A stretch of DNA of 64,000 nt from Camelus dromedarius (GCF_036321535.1 NC_087436.1:54252001-54316000); one strand, 5' to 3'; numbered from the stretch's first letter, positions 14,288 through 27,450 are shown. The notes: generated by a model not told the origin, from the sequence alone. Translations and numbers: made by a program.

Positions 14288-15010
14288 ATGCATTCATCCA
14301 TTCATCCATTCATCTGGCAAATATTTACTGAGCACCTACTATACTCTTCTACACTCTAAAGACATAACAGTAAACAAAACAAAAAAAAACCCCCTGCCCT
14401 CTTGGAGCTTACAACATAGCGGAAAATTATAAGGTTAAAAAGTTAAGTAGAAGAGGTGACAGGAGTTGTTTGGGGGAGGCATTCAAATTTTAGATTGGGT
14501 GGCCTGAAGATGACTAATTAAGAAGGTAACATTGAGTAGTGACCTGATTGAACTGAAGGAGTGAGCCTTGGAGCTATTTAGGAGAACATTCTAAGCAAAA
14601 AGAATGATTAAGTGCAAAGGTTCTGAGGTGGATATATGACTGATCTTTTTGAAAACAGAGTGAATGGAGTAGGGAGGATAGTATGAGAGGAGGTTAGAGT
14701 GGTAGTAGTGTATCTAGGGTTGAAATTCAGTTCATATTAAGGACCTTGGGTTTTTGCTCAAAGTGAAGTTAGAAGCCATTGGATGGGTTTGAGAAGGGGA
14801 GTGGTGCAGTCTGACTAAGGGTCTTAACTGGATTCATCATTAGCTTCTGTGGTGGAAATAGACTGAAGATGGGCAGTGATGGAAGCAGGGGAGATTTCAC
14901 AGTAATCCAGGTAAGAGATACTAGGTTGGGTCAGAGTATTTGTGAAGGTGGAGAGACATGGTTGGATTTGGACATACTATAATGGTGTAAGTGACAGGAT
15001 TTGCTGATAG
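14288..15010 (-). mobile_element. L2 3' portion
   Basis: (CATT/CATC)n tail followed by aaatatttactgagcacctacta and a purine-rich reverse L2 body. Confidence 0.8.
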
Positions 15011-15743
15011 AACTTTATTATATGTCCAAGTTATATATAAGCCAAGTATTCATAAATCAAAGAATAATTCTTTCTACTATGAAAAAGTAGGGGAGGTATA
15101 TATGAAGCAGAAAATTTATATCTAACTTTTATACTATGAAAGGTACTTTATCAAGGTAATTAAAATATTTGATGATGAATAAATAGTACTTCTTGATATA
15201 TTTACAATTTATTAGCAAGATAACAAAAACTCAATCCTAATATTTACTGTATTAATTTTTGTCAGTTATAAAGTATCTGGTTAAAGCTTAAAGTCTTATA
15301 GCTTCTAACATTTATAGTTAATATGTATCCTGAGGCTTAGTTGTTGGAAACAAAGCAATTTACTGATTAATAGAAGTTTGAAAAAGCAGTAAAACATTTT
15401 TTTAGAGAGGAGCTGGTTTAAATGGAAGAAATAGGGAAACTTTTTCTAGTCAGTTACGTTTAATCATGTGAAGAGCGAGATGATTTTTTCTGAGCTCTCT
15501 CAGTAGATGGCAGCAAAGTTTCAAGTAGTGTAGTTTCAGGTTTTTCTGGGAGGCTTTCCTGAGGGAAATATCCTTTTTTCCCCCTTCTCTTAAGTTTGTT
15601 CTGGCTTGCATTTTAATGAAGTATTTTGGTAACATCACTTAAAAGCCCTGTAACTTTGGTTCAGATATTTAGCCAACTGTTCCCTTAGGTGCTATAGATG
15701 CTTTCTTAATGAGAGCATGTATTTTTTTCTTTTCGTGATTTAG

Positions 15744-15851
15744 GGAGTACCAGGGCCTGGGAAATATGACATTAAAAGTCAGTTTCAGAAGACTAAAAGT
15801 ATGACATCAAATGTAAATGATACATCACCTGCGTTTCTTTCTCAATCCCAG
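15744..15851 (+). CDS. STPG2: STPG2 internal coding exon (108 nt, phase 0-0): GVPGPGKYDIKSQFQKTKSMTSNVNDTSPAFLSQSQ
   Basis: Pyrimidine tract plus TAG acceptor (15741-15743), CAG|gtaat donor, open frame with a PGPGKY repeat, in frame with the next exon. Confidence 0.85.
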
Positions 15852-17234
15852 GTAATATTCTATAGTCATTTCATATATAGGTATAATAGGTATAATTTGA
15901 CCCCAGCAACAAATCCAGTGGTGTTAGGGAGATTATTTTTAAAAAGTGGTATTTAAGCAAATTGGGAACAGACATGGCCTGGGCAAATCATATTGCCAAA
16001 AATGTGGGTAAAATGAAATGAAATAAAGTTATAATATTAACGATAATTTGCATATTCAAATTGAAATGGTCTATTAAATATTTTTAATAAGCAAATTTGC
16101 ATATGTAAATGTTCAGTTTAGCTTATAAGAGATTTTCGTCTAGGTCTTAAAATATGCTTTGCTAATGAATGTATGAAGTGTTAACGTGTAATCTGTGAGG
16201 ACATGCATATCTTTCAGAGAAGGTTCTGAAGGCTCTCTGGAGCCTGGCTATAGGTCATATCTAAAACTGCCATTATTAGTATGAGAGTCTATTTCACAGT
16301 AAACATTTCACATTTTCCAAGGTCTGTATTTAGAGGTCTTGAAGGTATCGAAGATGTTTCTAAGGTAGGAACATTATAATCCTAGCAAACCTTTATAATG
16401 TGGCAGTCTCCAGATCAACTAGTTGTGATATTCATCCAGTTGTACTATGTAGAGCTCTGATTATCTTATTTAACTTGGGAAGGTTATTAACCTTCAGATG
16501 ACTACAGGTTGACTACTTTGGTTTCATTGTACCTAAGAGGTACCTCCTTGGAGACAGATAGATTGCAGGTATATTTTGGAGACATAATTAACACGACTTT
16601 TTAATGGGATAGATGTGGTAAGGGACTAGGAAGAATCAAAATCAATACTAGGTTTCTGCCTTGAGCAACTTGATGGTACTTAAGGTACTGCACAAAATGG
16701 ATGTGTGGGAATGGGATATTGTATGTGTGTGTGCCCTTGATTTTTAAAGATACCATTTTTCACAGCTAGAACTGTTAGTTTTTATGCTCTTCCTGTTTAT
16801 CTGATACATAGTCTAATTTGACATCACTTGTTACCAATGATAATATTTTTAAATATATTTTCAGAAATGAAAAACAATATGATATCAATTTTGCTTAAGG
16901 GGATGATGAGGAAAAGAATAATGGTTCTGGGGTGAAAGATATGGAGAAGTAAAAGCCAACAGGACTGCCTGCTGGGGGAATGTTAAGTGTTTAGTGGAAT
17001 ACAAACAGATATATTAATGATTATGATCGAAAAAGCAATAATTCAATTAACAAGGTGGGCTTAGAACACCTGTTTTTGGTTTATAGGAATAAAGATATGT
17101 TTCTGGGATACTTATTTTAATCATTGATTTAAAGAGTTGTCTGGTATTTTCTCTAAGTCCATTGAATTCTCTTGTCTTCAAGTATTAATTTTTAAAACAT
17201 AAGACTTTATAATAATGATTCTTGTCTCTTGCTG

Positions 17235-17402
17235 CATATTAGAAACATGTGGAGAATTTTAATGCATTCTGATGCCCAGATGCTTTCTCCCCTCTCTCCC
17301 AGAGATTGATTCAACTGGTCCAGATGAGGACCCAGGCATCAGTATTTTTTTTTTTTAACTCCTCAAGTAATTCTGTGTGCAGCCAGGGTTGAGTATTACC
17401 AT
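17235..17402. mobile_element. MER5-like hAT MITE
   Basis: ctgcatattagaaacatgtggagaattttaa...gacccaggcatcagtattttt...tgcagccagggttgagtattacc. Confidence 0.65.
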
Positions 17403-17739
17403 TTAAAAAATATTGTACTCAGCATTTAAATAATAAGATAGCGTTTAGGAAGACTTTGGAAGTGTTCCTACATGAAAGGGGCCTAAAAGCAATATCTGAG
17501 CCCAGACTAGATTATGTACTGGAGGGAAAATGCCATAGAGGTATAATTAGATCAACTGACAGATTTGCAGTATGAATGGTAGATTAGACAAAAGTCTTAT
17601 GTCATTGAGATATTTAATAAAGTTGATAACTGGATATGTAAGAAAATATGCCTATTTTTAGTCAATACACACTAAAGTATTTAGGGTTAAAAGGCCAAGA
17701 TATATGTAACTTTCCATTAAATGGTTCTCTGGATATGCC

Positions 17740-17777
<38 letters not shown>

Positions 17778-17975
17778 AAGAGAGAGAGGGTGGAATGGAC
17801 ATACAAACAGAGAGAAAGACAGAAATAGATTGGGCAAATGAAACAAATGAATGGCATAACATGTTAACAGTAGGTGAATCTGGGTAAATGTTACACAGGT
17901 ATTTTCTGTATTATTTTTATTCATATATTTGAATATTCCAAATTTGAAATTAATTCTAAATAAAAAGTTAAAAAT
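17403..17975 (+). mobile_element. L1MC-type 3' end containing a (TG)n microsatellite
   Basis: atgttaacagtaggtgaatctgggtaaatgttacacaggtattttctgtatt...aaataaaaagttaaaaa is an L1MC-like terminus. Confidence 0.7.
17742..17774 (+). repeat. (TG)16 microsatellite
   Basis: Read directly from the sequence. Confidence 0.95.
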
Positions 17976-18675
17976 AGATTATACAATGATATAATTCATA
18001 AGATTTCATAATTTACATATAGTTCCATATATACTAATATTAATAGGTTGAATATACATTTATAATAAGTAAACTTATTATTACAAGTTTATAATATAGT
18101 AAGTTTAACATTATAAGTTAAAGTGGATTTATATGCCACTTGAATCTAAGAAATTTTTTCTTAAAAAATAAATAAGCCTAATTACTCCCCACCCTCCAAA
18201 AAAAGAAATTACTTAAAAAAAAGATTTTTCTTAAGGTACATAATGATATTGTTGAAATAATTGACTATATATGTTGGATAACTTTGTCAATTTGTGCAAT
18301 TTTGTTATGTAATAGAAACCATATTAGATCATATCGTTTTTATCTATTATCTTAACTTGCAGAATATTTTAAATGGGAAGATTGTCCATACACTATCATG
18401 TAGAATCTCATATTGAGATGATTTCCTTTGAAAAGTCTATCTGGCTTAGTAAAGTACATAATATATTACTGTATTAATATATAGATGATTTCACTAAAAG
18501 TATATATTTTATGTTTTGATAGGTATAAGATCTTAATTCATCTACATTTTCTTCACCCCATTAAGAAATAAATTAAACTCCAGATGTTATATCAGTAAGA
18601 AGGTAGCTTTTAACTCACAAAAATGTTAAAATGTACCATAGTTTCTCATTGCCATATTTTCGTGTTCTTCACTAG

Positions 18676-18835
18676 AGGTTTGTACCTTTGAAATCAATCA
18701 CCCCAGCTCCTGGCACATATAATGAATCTCGAACTGCTTTCAAGCCCTTGAAAAAAATAGCAGGACTGAAAAATACCCCATTTGGTCAATGTGCTGCTCG
18801 ATTCACACAGGACACTAGAACAGAGAAAATACCAG
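18676..18835 (+). CDS. STPG2: STPG2 internal coding exon (160 nt, phase 0-1): RFVPLKSITPAPGTYNESRTAFKPLKKIAGLKNTPFGQCAARFTQDTRTEKIP(G)
   Basis: ttcttcactag acceptor, CAG|gttag donor, open frame with a TPAPGTY repeat and PFG..ARF motif. Closely resembles the human STPG2 segment as I recall it. Confidence 0.93.
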
Positions 18836-19297
18836 GTTAGCAATTAATTCACGTGTATCTGCTCTTTAGCCTTATGCAGCTAACATTCTTAACAAGATGG
18901 GTGCGCCACAAAGTACAGTTTTTTTGTTCTATGGGTGGTGTTGTCATTTTAAGTCAACATTTTTTAAAGCATTGACTATACACTAATTACAGATAAAAAT
19001 AACCAACAATTTAAGGAAGGTTTTAGTTTAACGTGTCACATCTCTTAGTTGTGATTTTCTATTGTTTTCCTTTATTCAGTAAATTTCCTAATTTTCTCTT
19101 GATAGATGAGCATATATAATATATTAACTATGTGGTCACTGCCAGTAATATATCTTATGATATTCAGTTTTGTTACTATTATATTTTGGGATGTCCAGTC
19201 ACATGTTCTAGTATTCTCAGTGAGTATTCTAGAATACAGTGGGATTCTATATATATCTAAGACTATAACACAAAAAGGACATATAATTACTAACATA

Positions 19298-21360
19298 CAG
19301 GTTGTCTGTTGTGTGTAACAAAGTTAGTGGCTTAAAAAACCAGATTTTTTTCCTATTATATCTCCTTATTTTGTGGGATGGCTGGAGGGCAGAGTTCAGA
19401 TGGGACTGTCATCAGAGTGCATGCACAGCTCCAGCATTGCTAACCCAGGGGAGCTGGTCTTTTTTAAGATAGTAGCTCAGGGCTCCATGACACCTGGCAG
19501 GATGCCACAGGCTTCTTCTGACCTACCCTCAGAACTCCCAGGACATCACTTCTGCCACATTCTATTAGTCAATCAAGTGACTCAGGGTAGCATATATTGA
19601 AGGACATGAAACTTCATCTCTCAGTGACAGGGGTGGGAAAGGATTTGTGGCCATCTTTAATCTACTACAGATTACCCTCTGGTCACTAAATATTTACATT
19701 TTTCCTACATGTCTTCTCAAGGCCTCCAAAGACTCATTCAGTTATGATATAATCTTGAAGACCAGAATCCTGTTACCTAAGTCAGGCATAGGTGCACATG
19801 GGGATTCTTGGGTGTCATAATTTAGATCATCTTGGTATCTCTCTTTTCTATCAGAAGAGCTGTGAACTACAGATACAAGTCATCTGCCCCATATATACAA
19901 CACATATATATGTGTTGTATATATATATACACACATATATATGTGTGGAGGAGAGATCGGATAATCATATTAGTCTCCCCTATTCAAAAAAAAGGGAAAA
20001 CTGGGGACCAATAGCAGTTGCCTATAGCCTCTGGCAATTCTGAAATCCAACCAGGCACATGTTGCCATTTCCTTTTTCAGGATCCATTTGGGCTCCCTGG
20101 GAATATGATTTTCTGTGGTCCTTTGTTCTATCTTTTGGGTTCTTGGTTTCATACTTTGAATCATCCTTCCTCTTCTGTAAGAAACAGGCTGTGTTTTCAG
20201 CTGGAGTTTTCTTAGCCTGCTTCCTGTCCAGAGAAGATCAGGGGTCTATGAGCCGCTTATAATTTTGTACTGTTGTCTCTTTCATTCCAAGTTGGCTCAG
20301 TTCTTTATAAAAATTTTATAGGTTTCTCATTGTATTAATTTATAATCAGATACACTGGACAAAAGCCACACTCACATGTACTTTTTAGAAAAGCCTTTGT
20401 CCTCTTTGGGTTGCCTCTAGTGTTGCTGTGTTTCAGTACTCTTAGATTCTTAGGGACACTGTCGTTTTAGCTTAGAGGGTCTGTGACATATGGCCTTAAC
20501 ATTCTTAGGGGCTCTTTTCTTTAACTGAGTCAGTCTATGAGGTACTATCTTAAATCTTTTTGGGGTCTTAACAAAGGGTCTTATAACCAAACCCTGGATT
20601 TGATCTCAAGCCATTTCTTGCTTTGAGAGCTTTTTGCTGTGTGGAGAGACTGGGGATGAAAAACAGTTTTACTTTCAAACCCAGAAAATCTTTTTTATAT
20701 CCTATAAATTCTGTATGAAAACTGAACAGTTTTGTCCTATTTCTTCCTATCCAAACCTTCTCACACACCACAGCTCAAAGCAACTAGTTGGCACTTTTGA
20801 TATTCAGCCTAGAAATCTCCTTAGTTAGAAGCCACTAATTTATTAGGTATTTTCTTCATTATCCCAAGTATTAGTTTTGCTAAACTTTCTGCCATTATAA
20901 AATACAAATTATATTTTCTCCAACCTCCGTAACATTTTTATCACTCTTTTTAAGCCATTACCAATAGACTCCTCAAGGCCATTTCTCTAAGTCTTGAATT
21001 GTTTCAGCTTCTGGCCCATTGTTGACCCGAGACCATTGCCGTAAGTTTTGATATGGTGATTTTTTATGGTAATACTGTACTCCTGGGATAAAATTGTTTA
21101 CTACTTTTGCCATTGAGGGGTTGAGTCTTATTCTTCTCCCTCTTCAATCTTGGCTAGTCTGATGGCTTTCCTGACCAATAACATGCAGTGGAAGTGATTT
21201 TCTACCACTTCTCAGGCAAAGGCATAAGCTTAACAGCATGTACCTGGGCCTAGAGAAACACTTGATCTTGGGGCTCTGTGTAGAAGTCTGCCTAGTCTAA
21301 GACTGCCATGCTGGAGAAGTCTTGTGTAAGGGCTAGGCACCACCCCAGAAGAGCCTGGCT
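19298..21360 (-). mobile_element. MaLR cluster: MLT1 LTR (~19298-19670) plus MLT1-int (~19670-21100) on the minus strand, then an MLT1 LTR fragment (~21110-21360) that appears to be on the plus strand
   Basis: cttctgacctaccctcagaactcccaggacatcacttctgccacattctattagtcaatcaagt...gtggccatctttaatctactaca is a reverse MLT1 LTR, followed by pyrimidine-rich reverse int sequence. Confidence 0.65.
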
Positions 21361-23019
21361 CAGTAGTGTCTGTTACGAATCTGAACTATAAATTATTTCA
21401 AAATATGAATATTTTGAGTGACTCAACTGCCTTAACATTGGGCCTTGTTCTTAATTTGATGATCTAATGTATTGTGAATAAAGTTTTATAAATTCCCCAA
21501 AGGTTATTTTATTTTTAAGGATAAAGTTGAATTACGATGATCTCTAAAATCTAATCCTGATCTTACATATTTTAAGAATTAGTGAGAATGGGCTTCATGG
21601 AACATTATTTTTTTCCCATGTAGATATTAGGGTACAGTAATGAATTAGACCCATCATTCATAGAACAGATTTGACCACCTCATATATAGCTCAGAGCTGT
21701 TGCAGGTTACTACTAGAAGGCATCCCTAAACTGTCTAACAATAGGGTTCCTGGGCATTTCTACACTTAATAACTGGGAAGTGAATATAAAAAACCTCTAA
21801 ATGTGAATGATTTATAGTGATCAGGGTGACTTTTCAAATCATAACCTTAACAAGGTAGTAACTGAGATGTGCACACCTTGAGGGCCCCATATAAGTACTT
21901 AAGCTTACCTGTGATGTATTATGTTGTCTTCCCATGCCAGAAGAGAGACAAATCTGAGATATTTGTCCTTTAATTCCCTTAAATGATGGCCCAAATAATT
22001 TTCATTTTGATTTCTAGTTATCTTTTCCCCAAACATTACCAGTGGAGGAACATTGGAAGATGGCAGAAATAAAATGTGTTAGTATTCAGGTTTTCTCAAA
22101 GTTGACACAGTGAGTTTTTGATATAGACTTTTGGGGAATAGACTTTAGAACTAGAATATTTGAAAAATTGGGAAGAGTTTGTAGGCAGCTTCTTTGAGAA
22201 AAACTTTGTATATATTAGGAGTACAGAGGATTTGACTACATAGAACAACTTGATACCTTTAATCCAGAAGGAACCTAAAGTATCATCTAGCCTCATGCTA
22301 CTCAAAGTGCCCCCTTGTCAACCGTCTGTTTCCTGCCTACAATGAGAAATGACACTGAGCCAGAATGTAAAGAAGCAACACCATGCTTCCGTCATGGGGA
22401 AAGACAGTTACAAAATGTTTAGTGAAATAGTCAATTTACATTTAGTTGGAAGCTCCTTTTCTTATAGATTGTTCTTGGACAGGTAGCAGTTCACCCCACA
22501 TTTTGAGTAGCATTGATCTAATAAATTCTTATTATATTTAGACAGGAACTTGAAGCCCAGAGAAACAAACGAGATTTAAGTGATGGTTCATATCTATTTT
22601 GTTGCAGATCTAATTTAGTGGAATCCAGAAAACATGAGTACAATCTACTCAAGTGTTCTTTCAAGTATATTATATTGCATTTTAGACATGTTGCTGGTCA
22701 CTGGAACTGATTTTTTGAAAATACTGAGTAATAAAACATACAGAAATCTCTGCTTCAAATATCTGAATGTCTTGATTACTTTATTCAATGGCAAAAAGTG
22801 TTATTTGTATTGGTTTGAATGAAAACAATGTTATTCACTTGTATTGCCACTGTGGAAAATATTCCTGGTTATAAATGTGCACTAAAATGTAACAGGCAAA
22901 ATTAAAATAACTACGTGATATGAAGATTGGATGATAGGTGATTTTTTTCTTTTCCAAATTGATTTTTAATGTTGCTGCATCAACTTTTCAATGCTTTTTG
23001 GCATCAAGAATTTTCTGTC

Positions 23020-23575
23020 TCTCCTCCTTCTTCCTTCCTGAGGATAATTTACACAATAAAAATAATTCATTTAAAGTATAGTTGGATGAGTTTTGGTAAA
23101 TGTATATACTCAGGTAATCACTACAGTCAAGTGTTAGAACATTTCCATCATTTTTTAGAAAGTCCTCTCATGGCCCTTTGCAGTTAATCTCTCCCCAGCT
23201 CTTGGCCCTGGGTAACTGTTAAGTGTTTCTGTGATTTTTGCATCTTCTGGAATTTTGTTTAAATGGAACCACACATTATTTAGGATTTTGTGTCTGTCTT
23301 CTTTCACTTAATATGATGTTTCTGAGGTTCATTCATGTTGTTGCATTTATCTTGTGTTTTTATTATTCTTACTATGCTATTATTTGGGGATGGTGCATTT
23401 TGTTCATCCATTCACATCGAACATTTGGGTTGTTTTCATTTCTCTTGGGGAAATACCTAGGAGTACAATTTCTAGGTCATATGGAAAGTATACGTTTAAC
23501 TTTATAAGACTTTGATACATTGTTTTTCAGAGTAGCAGACCACTTTGCATTCCTGCCAGCCAATATAAGATAATT
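23020..23575 (-). mobile_element. L1 3' end fragment (L1MB/ME-like)
   Basis: ttcctgaggataatttacacaataaaa...atttaaagtatagttggatgagttttggtaaatgtatatac...cttgggaaatacctaggagt-like reverse L1 3' UTR. Confidence 0.8.
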
Positions 23576-23673
23576 CTTTCTAAAATAAAATTACTTTCTT
23601 AATTTAAAGTTACTCAGTTTAAAAGAATTAAAAGCATGTTTATTCTTATATATGATATTCTTCATACTTTTAG

Positions 23674-23834
23674 GTCCTGGGTTTTATAATATCCTAAACA
23701 ATACTTTAATTGACAACTTTAGTAATACCTACTTGAAGAAACAAAAGAAAAGTGCATTTGGTTCTTCTGTTCCTCGGACTTTCTTCCTGATTCAGAAGGA
23801 AGTTTTTACTACTCCTGGGCCTGCTGATTATCAG
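23674..23834 (+). CDS. STPG2: STPG2 internal coding exon (161 nt, phase 1-0): (G)PGFYNILNNTLIDNFSNTYLKKQKKSAFGSSVPRTFFLIQKEVFTTPGPADYQ
   Basis: catacttttag acceptor and CAG|gtaat donor. Completes PGPGFY across the junction and contains SAFGSSVPR and TPGPADY. Lies within ORF 23652-23888. Confidence 0.95.
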
Positions 23835-24156
23835 GTAATATGTGAATACCATAAATTATGTTCTTTATGTCTAATCCTAAGAATTTAGGGTTTAAAAAAT
23901 TACATGTGATATATACCTCATTGTTATAAGCCATATTAATATTGTTGAAATTATTTACATATGGTCACCTATGGCATAAGAACAAAAATTAAATTTTATT
24001 TTTTATTTAGTGAGACTGTTATTTGATTTATTAAGGTCTGTTATGAAAAATAACAGGCACATACTTGGTAAAGAAACTTCATATCAATAAATGCATTTGC
24101 GTTGAAAAATACGAGTCTTTCTTCCATCCCAAATTTCCAGACTAACACTCAAGAGC

Positions 24157-24672
24157 AAGGTCTCTGGGTCTATAGCTGTAGGGCTTTGGGAATCCTAGAG
24201 CTGGTGCTGGCTCACTGGTGGGCAGGTTCAAGGCAGGCATTCTGGGGGATAGTGCCAGCTTGCTGGTAGACAGAGACTGGTCCTAAGATGTTTGGTTATA
24301 GGGTCCTGCTGGTCCCAAGGTTAGTCTGTCTACCCACTGGTGGGTGAGGCTGGTCCTGGGGCTAGTGCTGGCCCACTGGTGGGTATGAGCTGGACTTTGG
24401 GTCTCTGGCTGCAGAGCTGTGGGTTTCCCCATGTTAGTGGAGGCTCACTGGTGTGCAAGGACTGGTCCTGGCCCCTCTTGTGGAGAGGGATGGGTCCTGG
24501 GATGGCTTTGGGCTCAGAAGGTCTTAAGGCAGCAGGCCTGCTGGTGGGTGGGGCTATGTCTCTGCCCAGATAGTTGCTTGGACTGAGGTCAACAGACTGG
24601 TGGGCCAGGCCGTGTCCCAGTGCTAGTGAGCTGGAAGGAGAATTCTAAAATGGAACTCGCCAGTATCAGTGT
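24157..24672 (-). mobile_element. GC-rich L1 5'-region fragment (cetartiodactyl type)
   Basis: Recurrent ctggtggg units and an ending (gctggaaggagaattctaaaatggaactcgccagtatcagtgt) similar to reverse-strand 5' regions of artiodactyl L1s as I recall them. Confidence 0.6.
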
Positions 24673-25678
24673 AATTTCTTTTAAATAGATCTTATTCTTT
24701 ATCTCTTTGAGAATCTCATATGTATGTCTTTAAATACTTGTTTATTTTAAGATTATGCCACTATTTTCTGACAGTAAATTTAGATTTTCTTTCAATTAGC
24801 TCTTTTTAAAATGTTCTTTGAGGTTTTATAATTTTTGTATAGGTGTCTTACTCATCTTTGTTAGATTTATTCCTTGGTATTTGATGTTTTCTAATGCTAT
24901 TGAAATGTTATCTTTAAAATATTTTCGTTGTTTAGCTTTCTGTTATTGATATAAAGAAATATTATAGTCTTTGTTAAAGATTTGTTACCAATGATCCAAA
25001 CTTCTTGCTATATTAAATGATTAATTCTACTAATTTATTATTAGTTTAAAAAAATTTCCTCAAGCACTTTTATGCCCTCTGTGAATGGCAGTTTCTTTTT
25101 TTCTCCATTGGTTTTGTCTTTTATGTATATATGTTTCGTTGTACTGAGCTTGTGCATCCCAGAACGAAACTCAATAATGTTCATAGGGATTAAAAAATAT
25201 CCAGAACCTAATAAGGTAAAATTCACAGAGTGTAGCATTAAATAATAAAAAAAATTACTAGGTATGCAAAGGAGCAGGAAAATACAACCTAGAATCAGGA
25301 AAGAAATTAATCAATATAAAGAGACCCAGAAATTATACAGATAATAAAATTAGTAGACAAGCACATTGAACAGTTATAACTATATTCTGTATATTCAAGA
25401 AGGTAGACAAACGATTGAACATATTAAGTAGATAAATGGAACAAATAAAAAGGCACAAATTAAAGTTCTAGAGATGACAAGTGCATCATGGAAAAAAGTA
25501 CACTGTGATTAACAACAGATTAGATAATTCAGTAGAACCACTGAATTACTGAATTGGATTGGTCCTTCCTATCAGAGAAAATGATTTTCAACCCAGAAAG
25601 TGTGGAACACACATGGTTTATAGGAAATTGAATCCTAGGATGCTTATGGTGGTAATGCTAGAATGTACCCTAGTGCTT

Positions 25679-25787
25679 AAAAAAATTTTTTTAATGAAAC
25701 GCTTCACACATTTGCACGCCATCTTCGTACAGGATGCTAATATCTGTATGGTTCCAGTTTTAGTATATATGTTGTCAAAGTGAGCAC
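25679..25787 (-). pseudogene. RNU6: U6 snRNA retropseudogene, near full length, with tail and TSD
   Basis: The reverse complement reads GTGCTCACTTTGACAACATATATACTAAAACTGGAACCATACAG...ATTAGCAT...CCTGTACGAAGATGGCGTGCAAATGTGTGAAGCGTTTCATT, colinear with U6. Flanked by CCTAGTGCTT at 25669-25678 and 25788-25797. Confidence 0.93.
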
Positions 25788-26029
25788 CCTAGTGCTTTAA
25801 ATTAGTTAAAAACTTCAAAATGTAGCTGAAATACATCTCATTCTAATGAAAGAACAGCTGTGAAATCGTCACTAATCTTTGAGTGATGCTACAGATTTAT
25901 AGGCATATCAGAAAAATGGAAGTGAATGAAGTTCAATAGTTTCTGTTTTTATTTAAACAAATTGTTAAAATTTCACAACATGAGATTTTCATAATTTCTT
26001 GCAAAATTTTAAGTTGTTCTTAGTAAAGT

Positions 26030-27450
26030 TGCAAGCTACAAATTAACATTAGAAAATCAATCACATTTTTACACATTAATGACAAACTTTCCAAAAAAGA
26101 AATTAAGCAAACAGTCCTGTTTACAATAGCTTAAAAAATACTTAGTAATAAATTTAACCAAGGAGGAAAAAGGTCTGTACACTTGAAGACTATAAAACAA
26201 TGATGAAAAAAATTGAAAAAGACACAAATAAATGGCAAGATGTTCTATGTTCATGGATTAGAAAAATTAATACTGTGTAAATGTCCATACTACCCAAAGT
26301 GATAGTCAGAGTCAGTGCAATCCCTATCAAAATTCCAATGGCATTTTTCACAGAAACAGGAAAAAACAATCCTAAAATTCATGTGGAACCACACAAGACC
26401 CCAAACAGCCAAAGCAATCTTGAGCAAAAAAGAACAAAACTGGACTCATCACTCTACCTGATTTCAAAATATACTACAAAGCTATGGTAATAAAAACAAT
26501 AAAAACAGGCACATAGACCATCAGAACAGAATAGGAAGCCTCAGAAATCCATGCATTTTCTGCCAAGAACACATAGTGGAGAAAAGACAGTCTCTTCAAT
26601 GAATGGTGCTGGGAAAACTGGATATCCACATGCAGAAGAATAAAATGGAACTTTTATTTTTATCTTGAAAAATCAAGTCAACATGAGTTAGAGACTAAAA
26701 TATAAGACCTGAAACTGTTAAACTACTAGACGAAAACATAGGGAAAATCATCTTGACATTGATGTAGACAATAATTTTTTTTATATATGACTTCAAAGGT
26801 ACAGCCAACAAAAGCAAAAATAGACAAGTTGAATTGCATTGAACTAAAAACCTTCTGTACAATAAAGGAAACAATCAACAGTGAATGGGAAAATATTTAC
26901 AAACCATACATCTGAAAAGAGGTTATTATCCAAAATATATAAGAAACTCCAACAGCTCAATAGCAAGAAAATGAACAGTTTGATTTAAAAATGGACAAAG
27001 GATTTGAAAATACATTTCTTAAAAGAATACATACAAATGGCCAACAGGTATATGAGAAAATGCTCGACATCACTAATCACCAGGCAAATGCAAATCAAAA
27101 TCACCACGCCGTATCACTTCACACCTGTTAGAATGAATATTGTCAAAAAGATGAGATAAGTGTGGGTGAGAATGTGGAGAAACAGGAACCTTTGTACACT
27201 TTTGGTAGGAATGTAAACTGGTACAGCCTCTGTGGAAAACAGTATGGAGGTTCCTGAAAAAATTAAGAATAGAACTACCATATAATCTAGCAATCTGACT
27301 TCTGATTATATTTCTAAAGGAAATGAAGTCAGTATATTGAAGAAATGTCTGCTGTCTCACATTCGTTGCTGCATTATTCACAATAGCGGAGATATGGAAT
27401 CAACCTGTGTGTATATAAAGATGAATGGATAAAGAAGATGTGCTATAATA
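26030..27450 (+). mobile_element. L1 ORF2 3' half and start of 3' UTR (L1MA/MB-like), degenerate
   Basis: ORF 26281-26490 MSILPKVIVRVSAIPIKIPMAFFTE, plus [19 protein letters not shown] at ~26582. Both are L1 ORF2 motifs. Confidence 0.9.

Noticed and set aside
23652..23888. Stand-alone 78-aa protein
   Set aside because: Only 23674-23834 is exonic. The ends are read-through into intron.
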